Source: Bacilli bacterium
Lineage (GTDB): Bacteria; Bacillota_I; Bacilli_A; RFN20; UBA1709
DNA: 64,000 nt
Assembly (NCBI GenBank): GCA_050949315.1
Contig: JBMNFL010000001.1
Location: forward strand, 947,444 to 1,011,443
Reading direction: 5' to 3'
Notes under the pieces: generated by a model
What the model was told of the DNA's origin: nothing
What the model saw: only the letters and a program-made list of their open reading frames with translations
Database searches by the model: none
Program-made: the position numbers and the translations under genes
In this document: one piece after another, positions 32,507 to 42,186 of the stretch
How the letters are laid out: each line of letters begins with the position of its first letter
How positions within the stretch are numbered: the stretch's first letter is position 1

Positions 32507-32899
32507 ATGGCACAGAAGAAAACTACGACACGGAAACGCCGTGTTAAAAAGGTTGTTGTCAAGGGTGTTGCCCATATTCATTCATCCTTCAATAATACCA
32601 TTGTTACCATTTCCGATGAGGGGGGTAACGCCATTTGTTGGGCTAGTGCTGGCGGGTTAGGTTTTAAGGGAAGTAAAAAGTCGACGCCCTTTGCGGCACA
32701 AATGGCGGCTGAAGCCGCGGCTAAAGTTGCCGTTGATGCGGGAATGAAGACCATTGATGTCAATGTCAAAGGTCCAGGTCCTGGTCGGGAAGCGGCCGTT
32801 AGAGCCTTGCAGACAGCGGGTTTACAAATTCAGACGATTGTTGATGTAACACCGATTCCTCACAACGGTTGCCGTCCGCCCAAACGGCCAAGAGGTTAA
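32507..32899 (+). CDS. rpsK: 30S ribosomal protein uS11
   Basis: [21 protein letters not shown]. Confidence 0.98.
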   Translation: MAQKKTTTRKRRVKKVVVKGVAHIHSSFNNTIVTISDEGGNAICWASAGGLGFKGSKKSTPFAAQMAAEAAAKVAVDAGMKTIDVNVKGPGPGREAAVRALQTAGLQIQTIVDVTPIPHNGCRPPKRPRG

Positions 32900-32947
32900 T
32901 TTTTAGTTAATTAGCTAGAAAAAAAGAAAAACAAGGAGGCCAACAAA

Positions 32948-33901
32948 ATGAAAAGATTTGAAAAACCCAATTATACCATTACTAATTTATCGGAAGCGAC
33001 TAATTATGGTAGATTTGTTATCGAGCCATTAGAGCGGGGTTTTGGGACAACTTTAGGAAATGCTTTAAGAAGAGTCTTGCTTTCCTCACTACCAGGAGCT
33101 GCGATTTTCTCAGTGGAGATTGAAAAAGTTCGCCATGAATTCTCGGCTATCGATGGTATTGAAGAAGATGTCACCGCCATTGTCTTGAATTTAAAAGATT
33201 TGGTTCTTACCATTGATGATGAGGCGGGTGTTACTAAAAAGCTAACAATTGAGGTTGAAGGACCGCATAAAGTTACGGGTGCCGATGTTGCTTGCCCGGC
33301 TGGTGTTGAGGTTGTTAATAAAGATCTCCACATCTGTAACGTGACAGAAGGCGTGCGTTTTGCGGCGGTCTTAAGTGCGCGTAATGGACGTGGTTATGTC
33401 ACGGCCGAAAACAACAAAACTCAGGGGTTTAGTGTAGGAATTATTCCTACTGATAGTATGTACACCCCAGTCACTAAAGTGGCCTATGAAATTGAACCCA
33501 CCCGGGTTGGTCATGATGCCAGTTATGAAAGATTAATTATCGAAGTTTGGACCAATGGCGGTGTAGCTCCGCAAGAAGCGATGGCGATTGCTGCTCGCAT
33601 CTTAATTGCTCATCTTGATCCAATTGTCGATTTGGCAAGTCAAGCACGCATGCTTGAGGTCTTGCAAGAACCGGTTTATGAAGAGGAAAATCTCTATCAA
33701 AATAAGACGATTGAAGAACTCGAATTATCGGTTCGTTCACTGAATTGCTTGAAGCGGGCGAAGATTACGACGGTTGAAGAGTTAACTCAAAAGACCGAAG
33801 AAGAAATGATGAAAATCCGTAACCTTGGGAAGAAGTCTTTAAAAGAGGTCAAGGATGTTCTCCAAAGTTTAGGCTTAAGCTTCAAGAGTTATGATGAATA
33901 G
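32948..33901 (+). CDS. rpoA: RNA polymerase alpha subunit
   Basis: [35 protein letters not shown]. Confidence 0.99.
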   Translation: MKRFEKPNYTITNLSEATNYGRFVIEPLERGFGTTLGNALRRVLLSSLPGAAIFSVEIEKVRHEFSAIDGIEEDVTAIVLNLKDLVLTIDDEAGVTKKLTIEVEGPHKVTGADVACPAGVEVVNKDLHICNVTEGVRFAAVLSARNGRGYVTAENNKTQGFSVGIIPTDSMYTPVTKVAYEIEPTRVGHDASYERLIIEVWTNGGVAPQEAMAIAARILIAHLDPIVDLASQARMLEVLQEPVYEEENLYQNKTIEELELSVRSLNCLKRAKITTVEELTQKTEEEMMKIRNLGKKSLKEVKDVLQSLGLSFKSYDE

Positions 33902-33912
33902 GAGGAGAAAAG

Positions 33913-34308
33913 ATGGCACGAAGGAATATGCATGGTAAAGTCGGTGTTAAATTTAAAGCCGGATTTACCGCCAGCAAACAAAAGAACATGATGCGTAATT
34001 TGACCTCAGAACTCATTAAATATGGGCGCGTTGAAGTTACGGAAAAAGTCGCGGCCGATTTAAAGGTTTCGGCGGATAAAATGGTAACCTTAGCCAAAAA
34101 AGGCGATCTCAATTCCCGTCGTCTTGCTGCTCGTTATGTTCGTGATATCTATGTAGATAAAGAAGAAAAAACCACGGCTTTACAGAAACTGTTTAATGAG
34201 ATTGGTCCTCGTTACGCCGAGCGTCAAGGCGGTTATACGCGGGCGATAAAACTCGTTAATCGTCGTGGTGATAATTCACCAATGTGTCTTGTTGAATTTG
34301 TCGAATAA
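33913..34308 (+). CDS. rplQ: 50S ribosomal protein bL17
   Basis: GGYTR, RRGDNSPM. Confidence 0.97.
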   Translation: MARRNMHGKVGVKFKAGFTASKQKNMMRNLTSELIKYGRVEVTEKVAADLKVSADKMVTLAKKGDLNSRRLAARYVRDIYVDKEEKTTALQKLFNEIGPRYAERQGGYTRAIKLVNRRGDNSPMCLVEFVE

Positions 34309-34322
34309 AAAAAATAGCTAGG

Positions 34323-34343
34323 GGCAGGAACTATCCTGCCTTT
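34323..34343 (+). terminator. Hairpin/terminator after rplQ
   Basis: ggcagga-acta-tcctgcc-ttt. Confidence 0.55.
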
Positions 34344-34366
34344 GGCACTATCTAGGAAATTTGAAA

Positions 34367-35182
34367 ATGGAAAACGCAATTGAAATCCGGAACTTGACTT
34401 TTGCTTATCAAGCAGGTATCAAGGTAATCAAAAACATTTCATTTAATATCAAGACAGGCTCCTATACTGTCATTTTAGGCCATAATGGTTCTGGTAAGTC
34501 AACTATTGCTAGACTCATTCTTGGTCTTTTAATGGCGGATACTGGGAGTATTTTTATCAATGGTGTCGAACTCAATCAAAAGAATGTTTATGATATTCGT
34601 AAACAAATTGGTATTGTTTTCCAAAATCCTGACAATCAGTTTATTGGCTCCACCGTTGCTGATGATATTGCCTTTGGCTTAGAAAATCGTTGTGTTGAAC
34701 ATGAGAAAATGCAGGCCATCATTGATGATTTTGCCGCTAAGGTTGGTATGCAAGAGTTTCTTGATAAAGAACCCTCCAATCTTTCGGGTGGTCAAAAACA
34801 AAGAGTAGCTATTGCGGGTATTTTAGCGATGGCCCCAAAGATTTTGATTTTTGATGAAGCCACTAGTATGCTAGACCCGAAGGGAAAAAGAGAAATTAAA
34901 GAACTCATTAAGAAAACCAAAGAAATCTATCCAGATATTACGGTTGTTTCAATAACACACGATATTGATGAAGCTTATTTAGCCGATGAAGTTATTGTCT
35001 TGAACCAAGGCGAGATTTTCGCTCAGGGAAGTCCAGCCGAAATTTTTAAGGAAGAACAAAATCTTGAGGCCATTGGTCTTGATTTCCCTTTTATATATAA
35101 ACTTACTACAGCTTTAAAAGCGCAGGGTCTTGATTATAGTGGTGCGACAATTGAAGAGTTGGTGATGAAAATATGCCAATAG
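34367..35182 (+). CDS. ecfA1: ECF transporter ATPase EcfA1
   Basis: GHNGSGKST, VFQNPDNQF, LSGGQKQR, DEATSMLD. Confidence 0.93.
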   Translation: MENAIEIRNLTFAYQAGIKVIKNISFNIKTGSYTVILGHNGSGKSTIARLILGLLMADTGSIFINGVELNQKNVYDIRKQIGIVFQNPDNQFIGSTVADDIAFGLENRCVEHEKMQAIIDDFAAKVGMQEFLDKEPSNLSGGQKQRVAIAGILAMAPKILIFDEATSMLDPKGKREIKELIKKTKEIYPDITVVSITHDIDEAYLADEVIVLNQGEIFAQGSPAEIFKEEQNLEAIGLDFPFIYKLTTALKAQGLDYSGATIEELVMKICQ

Positions 35183-36033
35183 AATTTAAAAATGTCAGCC
35201 ATACCTATTACCCTGGGACACCTTTTGAGTATCAAGCCTTAAGAGGCATTGATCTGGTTATCAAAGATCAGTCTTTTACTGCTATCGTTGGTCATACAGG
35301 TAGTGGCAAGTCCACACTTGTTCAACACATCAATGCGCTTTTAAAACCCGATAGTGGGGAAGTACGAGTCAATGATTATGTAATTAATCACAAATCCAAG
35401 ATTAAAAACATCAAAAGTTTAAGAAAACTGGCGGGAATGGTTTTTCAATTTCCAGAATACCAACTCTTTGAAGAGACGATTTTTAAAGATATAGCTTTTG
35501 GACCCAAGAATTTTGGTCTTGAAGGCAAGGAATTAGAAGAGCGCGTTTTAAAAGCTATAAAACTAGTGGGTTTAGATGAGACTTATCTAGAAAAGTCACC
35601 CTTTGATATCAGTGGTGGTCAAAAACGCAGGGTAGCCATTGCCGGTATTTTAGCGATGGAGCCAGAAATTTTAATCTTAGATGAGCCAACCGCAGGACTA
35701 GATCCGCAAGGCGCTAAAGAGATGATGAATCTCTTTGCGGAAATTCATAGACAAGGTAAAACCATTATCATGATAAGTCATGAAATGGATTATGTTTTAG
35801 AATACTGTGATGAGGTTGTTGTCCTTAAAAAGGGTCTAGTTGCCGCTCAAGATAAACCAATTAATATCTTTAGCAAGGCTGAACTTTTAAAAGGACTTCA
35901 TATTACACCCCCAGCTATAATTGATTTTGCTAATCGCCTTATTGCTAATAAATTACCCATTGATATTAAAAAAGTTTTTGACATTGAATCTTTAATTAGC
36001 GAGATTGTAAGAGTTAAGGGGGGAAACAAATGA
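35173..36033 (+). CDS. ecfA2: ECF transporter ATPase EcfA2
   Basis: GHTGSGKST, FQFPEYQLFEET, SPFDISGGQ. Confidence 0.93.
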   Translation: MPIEFKNVSHTYYPGTPFEYQALRGIDLVIKDQSFTAIVGHTGSGKSTLVQHINALLKPDSGEVRVNDYVINHKSKIKNIKSLRKLAGMVFQFPEYQLFEETIFKDIAFGPKNFGLEGKELEERVLKAIKLVGLDETYLEKSPFDISGGQKRRVAIAGILAMEPEILILDEPTAGLDPQGAKEMMNLFAEIHRQGKTIIMISHEMDYVLEYCDEVVVLKKGLVAAQDKPINIFSKAELLKGLHITPPAIIDFANRLIANKLPIDIKKVFDIESLISEIVRVKGGNK

Positions 36034-36860
36034 ATATAGCTTTAGGTCGTTATATCCCCTATGACAGTATTATTCATCGTTTAGATCCTCGTACTAAATT
36101 GTTGGCCTTGATCGCTTTATTAGTGGCCATCTTCTTTAAACTTTCATTTTGGGAGTATGCTTTTTTAATTGTTGTCTGTTTGGCTCTTATCCTTATCTCT
36201 AAAGTTAAATTTCGCTCAATTCTTCAAGCCTTTAAACCGATGTGGTTAATGATGTTGTTTTTGCTAATTATCAATGTTCTTGTTATTAAAAGAGGCGATG
36301 CTCTTTTCACAATCGCTTCCTTTACCTGCTATTCAGGTGCCATTTTTCAAACCTTACAAATTATTATTCGTTTAGCGTTGATGATTAGTTTAACAACCAT
36401 CTTAACTTCAACCACTAAACCTTTAGATTTAACTTATGCGATCGAATGGTTTTTAAGCCCCTTAAGAGTTTTACGTTTTCCAACCCATGAGATTGCGATG
36501 ACTATTTCTTTAGCTCTGCGTTTTATTCCTACTCTTTTTGAAGAGACCCAGAAACTAATAAAAGCTCAGGCAAGTCGTGGTGTTGATTTACAAAGTGGCA
36601 AGCTCAAAGAAAAAATCGGTGGTCTTGTCTCCTTAATTGTGCCTCTTTTTGTCTCGGCTTTTCAAAAATCAGAAGAATTAGCCGATGCGATGGAAGCGCG
36701 TGGTTATAATCCAGGAGCCAAAAGAACCCGTTACCGGAAACTAGATTTTGCCATTAGGGACTTAGTTGGGCTTCTTGTCTGTGCTTTAATTGTCTTTTTG
36801 AGTATTTATTCCAGTTATCATCCCGAGATTGTGAGGACTTTAGAAATATGGAAGAACTAA
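36030..36860 (+). CDS. ecfT: ECF transporter transmembrane subunit EcfT
   Basis: LDPRTKL, ALRFIPT, AQASRG, AMEARGY. Confidence 0.93.
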   Translation: MNIALGRYIPYDSIIHRLDPRTKLLALIALLVAIFFKLSFWEYAFLIVVCLALILISKVKFRSILQAFKPMWLMMLFLLIINVLVIKRGDALFTIASFTCYSGAIFQTLQIIIRLALMISLTTILTSTTKPLDLTYAIEWFLSPLRVLRFPTHEIAMTISLALRFIPTLFEETQKLIKAQASRGVDLQSGKLKEKIGGLVSLIVPLFVSAFQKSEELADAMEARGYNPGAKRTRYRKLDFAIRDLVGLLVCALIVFLSIYSSYHPEIVRTLEIWKN

Positions 36861-37591
36861 GAAAAGTTAAATGTGTCATTAGTTATGACGGTTCTTCTTT
36901 TAATGGTTTTCAAAGTCAAAAAGATGTCCGTAACATTCAAGATGAAATTGAATTAGCCTTGACAACAATACACAAAGAGGAACAGCGTCTTGTCGCTTCT
37001 GGAAGGACTGACCGTGGGGTCCATGCCTATGGACAGGTTATTAGCTTTGTCACAAAACTCAATTTAAGCGAAAAACAATGGTGTCGGGCTTTAAATTCAC
37101 TTTTACCAAGTGACATTCATGTCTTAAAAGTTGAATTTGTGGCTACTGATTTTCATGCTCGTTTGAGTGCGAAGGCGAAAACTTATTGTTACTATTTAAA
37201 CATGAAAGAATACAACCCTCTTGAACGTAACTATGTTTATCAATATAACAAGCATCTTTATTTGGAACCGATGATTAAAGCGGCTCAGTTATTCGTTGGT
37301 AAGCATGATTTTCGTAACTTCTGCTCCAATTCAGCAAGTGAAGTTATCAGTTTTGAACGCTTCATCTATTCTTTCACCATCAGTGAGGTTGATGGACTCT
37401 TACTTTTTAGAGTTAAGGGCTCAGGCTTTTTACGTTATATGGTGCGCATGCTAGTTGGGACTTTGATTGCTATTGGGGCAAAGAAAGAAAAAGAGAAGTA
37501 TATTTTAGAACGCTTAGATAAGCAAGAAAATATGGTCACTATTTACAACGCCCCAAGCATGGGACTTTATTTAGAAGAAGTAGAATACTAG
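36848..37591 (+). CDS. truA: tRNA pseudouridine(38-40) synthase
   Basis: YDGS.F.G.Q, SGRTDRGVHA, FLRYMVR. Confidence 0.96.
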   Translation: MEELRKVKCVISYDGSSFNGFQSQKDVRNIQDEIELALTTIHKEEQRLVASGRTDRGVHAYGQVISFVTKLNLSEKQWCRALNSLLPSDIHVLKVEFVATDFHARLSAKAKTYCYYLNMKEYNPLERNYVYQYNKHLYLEPMIKAAQLFVGKHDFRNFCSNSASEVISFERFIYSFTISEVDGLLLFRVKGSGFLRYMVRMLVGTLIAIGAKKEKEKYILERLDKQENMVTIYNAPSMGLYLEEVEY

Positions 37592-37606
37592 AGTCATCTA
37601 GTATTT

Positions 37607-39316
37607 TTATTTTATATGGAAAAGGTTGACTAAAAGCCAATTCCAAATCCGACTAAAGAAACTGGCAACCGCATTACTGGCTTCACAAATCCAGTTCCAG
37701 ACTAGAGTAAAGAAGCCAACTTTTTCTTTGACATCTAAATTATTGCTTGGGTTTTCTCCATGATTGACATTATCGGCTAAAACATTAATTTTTAAATCAA
37801 GATTTTGAACACTGCCGTCTTGATATTCAATATTGGCCACCAGTTTATAACTTCCTGCTTCTTTTTCGTGACCAGTGTATTCATCGTGGGTAAAGGAGCA
37901 ATAGTAAAGTTTAGTCGTATCAATGGCTTTGGATCGACAAAGATATTGGATGATCTCGTTATGAGTTAAGGTATTATAATTTTCAATGTTTAAAATAACT
38001 TCACTGATATAAAATACTGGTTTGGTATCATCAATAACCGTGATAGTGACTGTAAAAATATTGGACTTATTACCGGCAGCATCACTTACTTGATAGGTAA
38101 TGGTGTAATTACCTACTTTACTTTCTTTACCAGTATAGTTGTTGCTAACTTCAGTGATTTTTGCACTCAAATCTCCATCGTAATTATCAGTAGCGATTAG
38201 ACCGCTTCTAATAGTGGCGGAGGAAAGACTGGCTTTGGTGGACTTACTATAGGTTGAACTACCGCTGATGGTTGGCTTAATATCATCTTTCACTTGGATG
38301 GTTAAGGTTAAAAGAGTATAGTTTCCCGAACTATCTGTCACTTTAAGTACGACATTATAACTCCCGACAATTTCGCTATTAGAACTAAACCCATCACTGT
38401 TAATTACTATTTTATTAGTGATATCCCCATCGTAGTTATCAGTAGCGCTGATATTATTAAGAATACTGTTTAAACTTAATGGTGCCGATAAATTAGAAGT
38501 AAAATTCGCACTGTTATAGACAAAGGTAGGGGCAGTTCGGTCAATAACACTGACATTAATAGTTAGGGAAGCCGTATTGCCGGCCGTGTCACTGACTTCA
38601 AAGACAATAGGCCAAAGGCCTAGGGTATGCATGTTGGCACTATAATCGTCACTTTTGACGACAATCCGATCCGTTATATCGCCATCGACATCATCAACCG
38701 CCGTTAAGTGGGATTTGATAATAGAGACCGAAACGGGATTATTGACATCTGTGATATAAACACCACTATAACCATCAATGACGGGGCTGTTATCGGACAA
38801 GGGGCCAACACTGATTTCGTAATGAGTAGCATCATCATTACTGTTAGGCAAAATTAAAGCTCGAACATTTGGGTTGCTTTGTACGGCCGAAATCGTTTTA
38901 CCAATTGCCGTTTTGGTATCAGTGGGGAATGCATTAGGACCATGACCAAGAATGATAAACATCTCAGGCAGGCATTCATCCCCGTATTCAAAACAGGGTT
39001 CCTGTTCATAAGAATAGAGTAGATCTTCAGCAATAGCCCGCAAGCCATCAAGTTCGTCTTCGCTAGGATCGGCACTTAAAGTATAATTATTAGGACGATA
39101 GCTCCTAGTAGCCATTACATAACCTTGATCTTCCATGGCATGAAATTCACAAAAATAGAAATAAGCGGGCAATTCATAACTAGAGCCATTAATGGTTACG
39201 GCTTTACCACCATCGGCAAAGATAGGAACGACAGGATGATAGTTTAATAAAAGGCAAAGAATAAATACGAGAATTCCAATTGGAATCATCAACAAGAAAG
39301 TCTTGTTTTTGAGCAT
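37607..39316 (-). CDS. Secreted/surface protein with tandem Ig-like (DUF5011-type) repeats
   Basis: N-terminal signal; three repeats of A.D..DGD.T..I...G.Y...V.D.AGN; Trp-rich amphipathic C-terminus. Confidence 0.72.
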   Translation of the reverse strand: MLKNKTFLLMIPIGILVFILCLLLNYHPVVPIFADGGKAVTINGSSYELPAYFYFCEFHAMEDQGYVMATRSYRPNNYTLSADPSEDELDGLRAIAEDLLYSYEQEPCFEYGDECLPEMFIILGHGPNAFPTDTKTAIGKTISAVQSNPNVRALILPNSNDDATHYEISVGPLSDNSPVIDGYSGVYITDVNNPVSVSIIKSHLTAVDDVDGDITDRIVVKSDDYSANMHTLGLWPIVFEVSDTAGNTASLTINVSVIDRTAPTFVYNSANFTSNLSAPLSLNSILNNISATDNYDGDITNKIVINSDGFSSNSEIVGSYNVVLKVTDSSGNYTLLTLTIQVKDDIKPTISGSSTYSKSTKASLSSATIRSGLIATDNYDGDLSAKITEVSNNYTGKESKVGNYTITYQVSDAAGNKSNIFTVTITVIDDTKPVFYISEVILNIENYNTLTHNEIIQYLCRSKAIDTTKLYYCSFTHDEYTGHEKEAGSYKLVANIEYQDGSVQNLDLKINVLADNVNHGENPSNNLDVKEKVGFFTLVWNWICEASNAVASFFSRIWNWLLVNLFHIK

Positions 39317-39383
39317 TTTAAGCCCTCCCTTCTATAAGCAACATAGTTAGGGAAAGCGATAATTCCTAAAAATAAAAAGCCTC

Positions 39384-40502
39384 TTAGAATTTAGAGGCGA
39401 TTTTTAAAGCTTCATTAACGACTTCATCAATATTGAGATATTTATAAGTGGCCAGTCGTCCAAGCAGATAAAGATTGGGGTAATCTTTAGTTAAGGCAAG
39501 ATAAGCTTGATAACGTTTTAAATTATCTTGATTAGATAAGGGATAATAAAGTTTATCATCCTCGCTTGCAAGACGGGGGAATTCTTTGACTGTGACACTA
39601 TAATTTTCACAAGGTTTTTCCATGGTTATTTTATTAAATTCACTTATGCGGGTAAATTTATAGGCATTAGGATAGTTAATGGTGGCCGCCGCTAATTTAC
39701 TACCAAAAGCATATTCTTTAAATTGAAAATCTACGGTGCGGTAGGCAAGACGACCAAAGCAATAGGAAAATAAATCATCAAGACTACCAGTGTAAAAAAG
39801 AGGCTCAGTTATCTTTTTTCCATTTAGTAAAATTATCCCATCTATCAATCTTAAATTGGGCTTGATGCCTAATTTTAGTTTAATGTTTGGGTGCTTTAAC
39901 ATTTTTTCAAAAAGGGCGGTATAGCCGTTTCTAGGCATCATTTGATAGCGATCATCAAAGTAGCGATCATCATAACCCATAATGATAGGAACACGTTTGG
40001 CAATACTGGGATCTAGTTCTTCTAAAGCAAGACCCCACTGCTTTTGGCTGTAGTTTTTAAATACACGTTCATGAATATATTTCCCTAATTTAACTAGACT
40101 AGCATCTGAATTTTTAAGAAGTTCACCTAGAGATATGCGAGAATTATCGGGATAAATTTTCTTTAATTTTGTAATTAATTCTTTAGCATTGCTTTGGGTT
40201 TTTTCGATAGAGGAGAAGTTAAAGGGGATGGGAACAAGTTTAGCATCAACCCTTCCTTTGACACGATGTTCATAGAAAAACCATTCATCAAAATCAATGA
40301 GAAAATCCGCTACATTTTTTAAGTTGGTATGGAAAATATGCGGCCCATATTTTTGAATTAAAAGACCGTTTTTTCTATAGTCATAAAGATTGCCAGCTAA
40401 GGTTTTTCTTTGTTCATAGATCTCGACTTTATAACCTTTATCGGCTAAGAGATGGGCTAGACTACAACCAGCCGGCCCAGCTCCGATAATGTAAACTTTC
40501 AT
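39384..40502 (-). CDS. glf: UDP-galactopyranose mutase
   Basis: IIGAGPAG FAD motif, YGPHIFHT, YS.KQWG, TRISEF, LGRLATYKY. Confidence 0.93.
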   Translation of the reverse strand: MKVYIIGAGPAGCSLAHLLADKGYKVEIYEQRKTLAGNLYDYRKNGLLIQKYGPHIFHTNLKNVADFLIDFDEWFFYEHRVKGRVDAKLVPIPFNFSSIEKTQSNAKELITKLKKIYPDNSRISLGELLKNSDASLVKLGKYIHERVFKNYSQKQWGLALEELDPSIAKRVPIIMGYDDRYFDDRYQMMPRNGYTALFEKMLKHPNIKLKLGIKPNLRLIDGIILLNGKKITEPLFYTGSLDDLFSYCFGRLAYRTVDFQFKEYAFGSKLAAATINYPNAYKFTRISEFNKITMEKPCENYSVTVKEFPRLASEDDKLYYPLSNQDNLKRYQAYLALTKDYPNLYLLGRLATYKYLNIDEVVNEALKIASKF

Positions 40503-41632
40503 AATTTTTTACCTTCCAAGAAATCGGCAAAATCAGTGGTTGCATTAGGCTTCCGTAGTTTTTGAATATTAGCTTTCAAGGCTGTAATTTTTTCAGGATG
40601 ATCAAAAAGATCGGTCAACACTTCGGGGATTTCTTCTACCTTATCTATTTTAATAATGGCTTTTTTCTCGCTTAGATAAAGTCCGTTATCATATTCCTGA
40701 AAGGGGGCTTGACCAACGCTTATTAAAGGCAGTTCTTTGTTAAAAGCTTCAGTGACACCAACGCCTCCAAGTTTGCCAAGCATCAGATCACTAGCGCCCA
40801 TAAGTTCGTCAATATTATTGCAGTAAGCTAGATTGAGAACCGAATTAATTTTCTTTTTTGCAAGATAGTTATCAATTTTTTGTTTCATTTTTTCATTACG
40901 TCCATTAACGACAATAATTTGTAAGGGTCTTTGAACGGTCAGTAAATTTTTGACGATTAAGTCTATTCGGCCATAACCAGCGCCACCAGAAAGACAAAGG
41001 ACAGTAAAAAGTTCAGGATTAAGGCCAAATTTTAAACGCAAAGCCTTTTTGTCACTTATGGTTGAAAATTTAGTTTGTACGGGAATACCAATGTTTAAGA
41101 ATTGCTTTTTATCATAACCCAGTTTTTCTAAAGTAGAGTGAAAGTCTGAACAGGGGGTTAAGATGTAATCATTATTGGTTGTTAATTCGGTGTAGAGATG
41201 AATAACATAATCGGAGACGAGATAAAAGCATTGACAGTTAATCCGTCCTTCTTTTTTCCATTTACTCATTAAAGCGGCGGGATAACTATGGGTTGAAAAG
41301 ACAACATCAGGCTTAAAATCGGCTAAGGTTTTTTCTACCAATTTAATAGACTTAGGTGAATTAAACATAAAGTTATAAGCCGAAAGACGCGGTGGCTTTT
41401 TGTTAGTGTCCCGTCTTTTTAAGCGTTCATAAGTACGATGTGAAAAGCCAGGGCAATTACTTAAAACCCAAAAATACCAATCGTTATTAAACCATTGGCG
41501 TAAGGGTGATACTCCTTTGTGATAATCAATCATCAAAGTAGTATGACCACGTTTATTTAATTCTTCAATCAGCGCTCGGCCGATGGCGTTGTGACCATCG
41601 CCAGCTGATACGGATATAACAAGGAAACGCAA
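40499..41632 (-). CDS. MGDG synthase/UgtP-like GT28 glycosyltransferase
   Basis: SAGDGH, STHSYP, IGIPV, SGGAG, KLGGV...EA; TTG start chosen because the upstream ATG overlaps the -10 box. Confidence 0.85.
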   Translation of the reverse strand: MRFLVISVSAGDGHNAIGRALIEELNKRGHTTLMIDYHKGVSPLRQWFNNDWYFWVLSNCPGFSHRTYERLKRRDTNKKPPRLSAYNFMFNSPKSIKLVEKTLADFKPDVVFSTHSYPAALMSKWKKEGRINCQCFYLVSDYVIHLYTELTTNNDYILTPCSDFHSTLEKLGYDKKQFLNIGIPVQTKFSTISDKKALRLKFGLNPELFTVLCLSGGAGYGRIDLIVKNLLTVQRPLQIIVVNGRNEKMKQKIDNYLAKKKINSVLNLAYCNNIDELMGASDLMLGKLGGVGVTEAFNKELPLISVGQAPFQEYDNGLYLSEKKAIIKIDKVEEIPEVLTDLFDHPEKITALKANIQKLRKPNATTDFADFLEGKKL

Positions 41633-41718
41633 ACTATCTCTCTCTTTTCGTAGACCCATTATATCATACTTTAAAAAAAATATGACAAGAAGCTTTTGGT
41701 GGGTTATAATAAACAAAC

Positions 41719-41809
41719 GGAGAAGTACCCAAGTGGTTGAAGGGGATGGTCTCGAAAACCGTTAGGGGTCGCAAGGCCCGCAAGAGTTCGAATCTCTTCT
41801 TCTCCGCCA
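41719..41809 (+). tRNA. tRNA-Ser(CGA)
   Basis: ATGGT-CTCGAAA-ACCGT arm, long variable arm, CCA. Confidence 0.95.
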
Positions 41810-42186
41810 GATGAGAAAAATAGGTATGATAAACAAAATCACACCTTTTTTTACAATGTTAGAAATGGTTTAAATTGTAATAGTAAACACCACAAATCAT
41901 TAAAGTTGTGACTTACGAGAAGATTGTTATGGACTATAAAAAAGAATCATTGATGGCTTGTTGAATTTAAAGTTTAAGTCCTTTGATGCAATATTAATAG
42001 TGAACTTAGAATTGATAATGGTATTTAGTTGTATCTCTAGGTTGTCTAAAATCCTAATCAAGTTGTAGTAGAATATTTCTCAAAGTATAACATGTGCCTT
42101 AGTAATTAAGGGATTAGTGCTTACAAAAAAGCAAAAGCGATAGCATATCCATAAGAATATGCTATAATATCGCTTGAGGTGATTAA

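Noticed and set aside
32900-32947. rpsD missing from the alpha operon
   Set aside because: Normal for Bacilli, where rpsD lies elsewhere.
41830-42120. Unassigned 290-bp stretch after tRNA-Ser
   Set aside because: No ORF of 60 aa or more, no convincing repeat or structure; may be decayed DNA, but no call is supportable.
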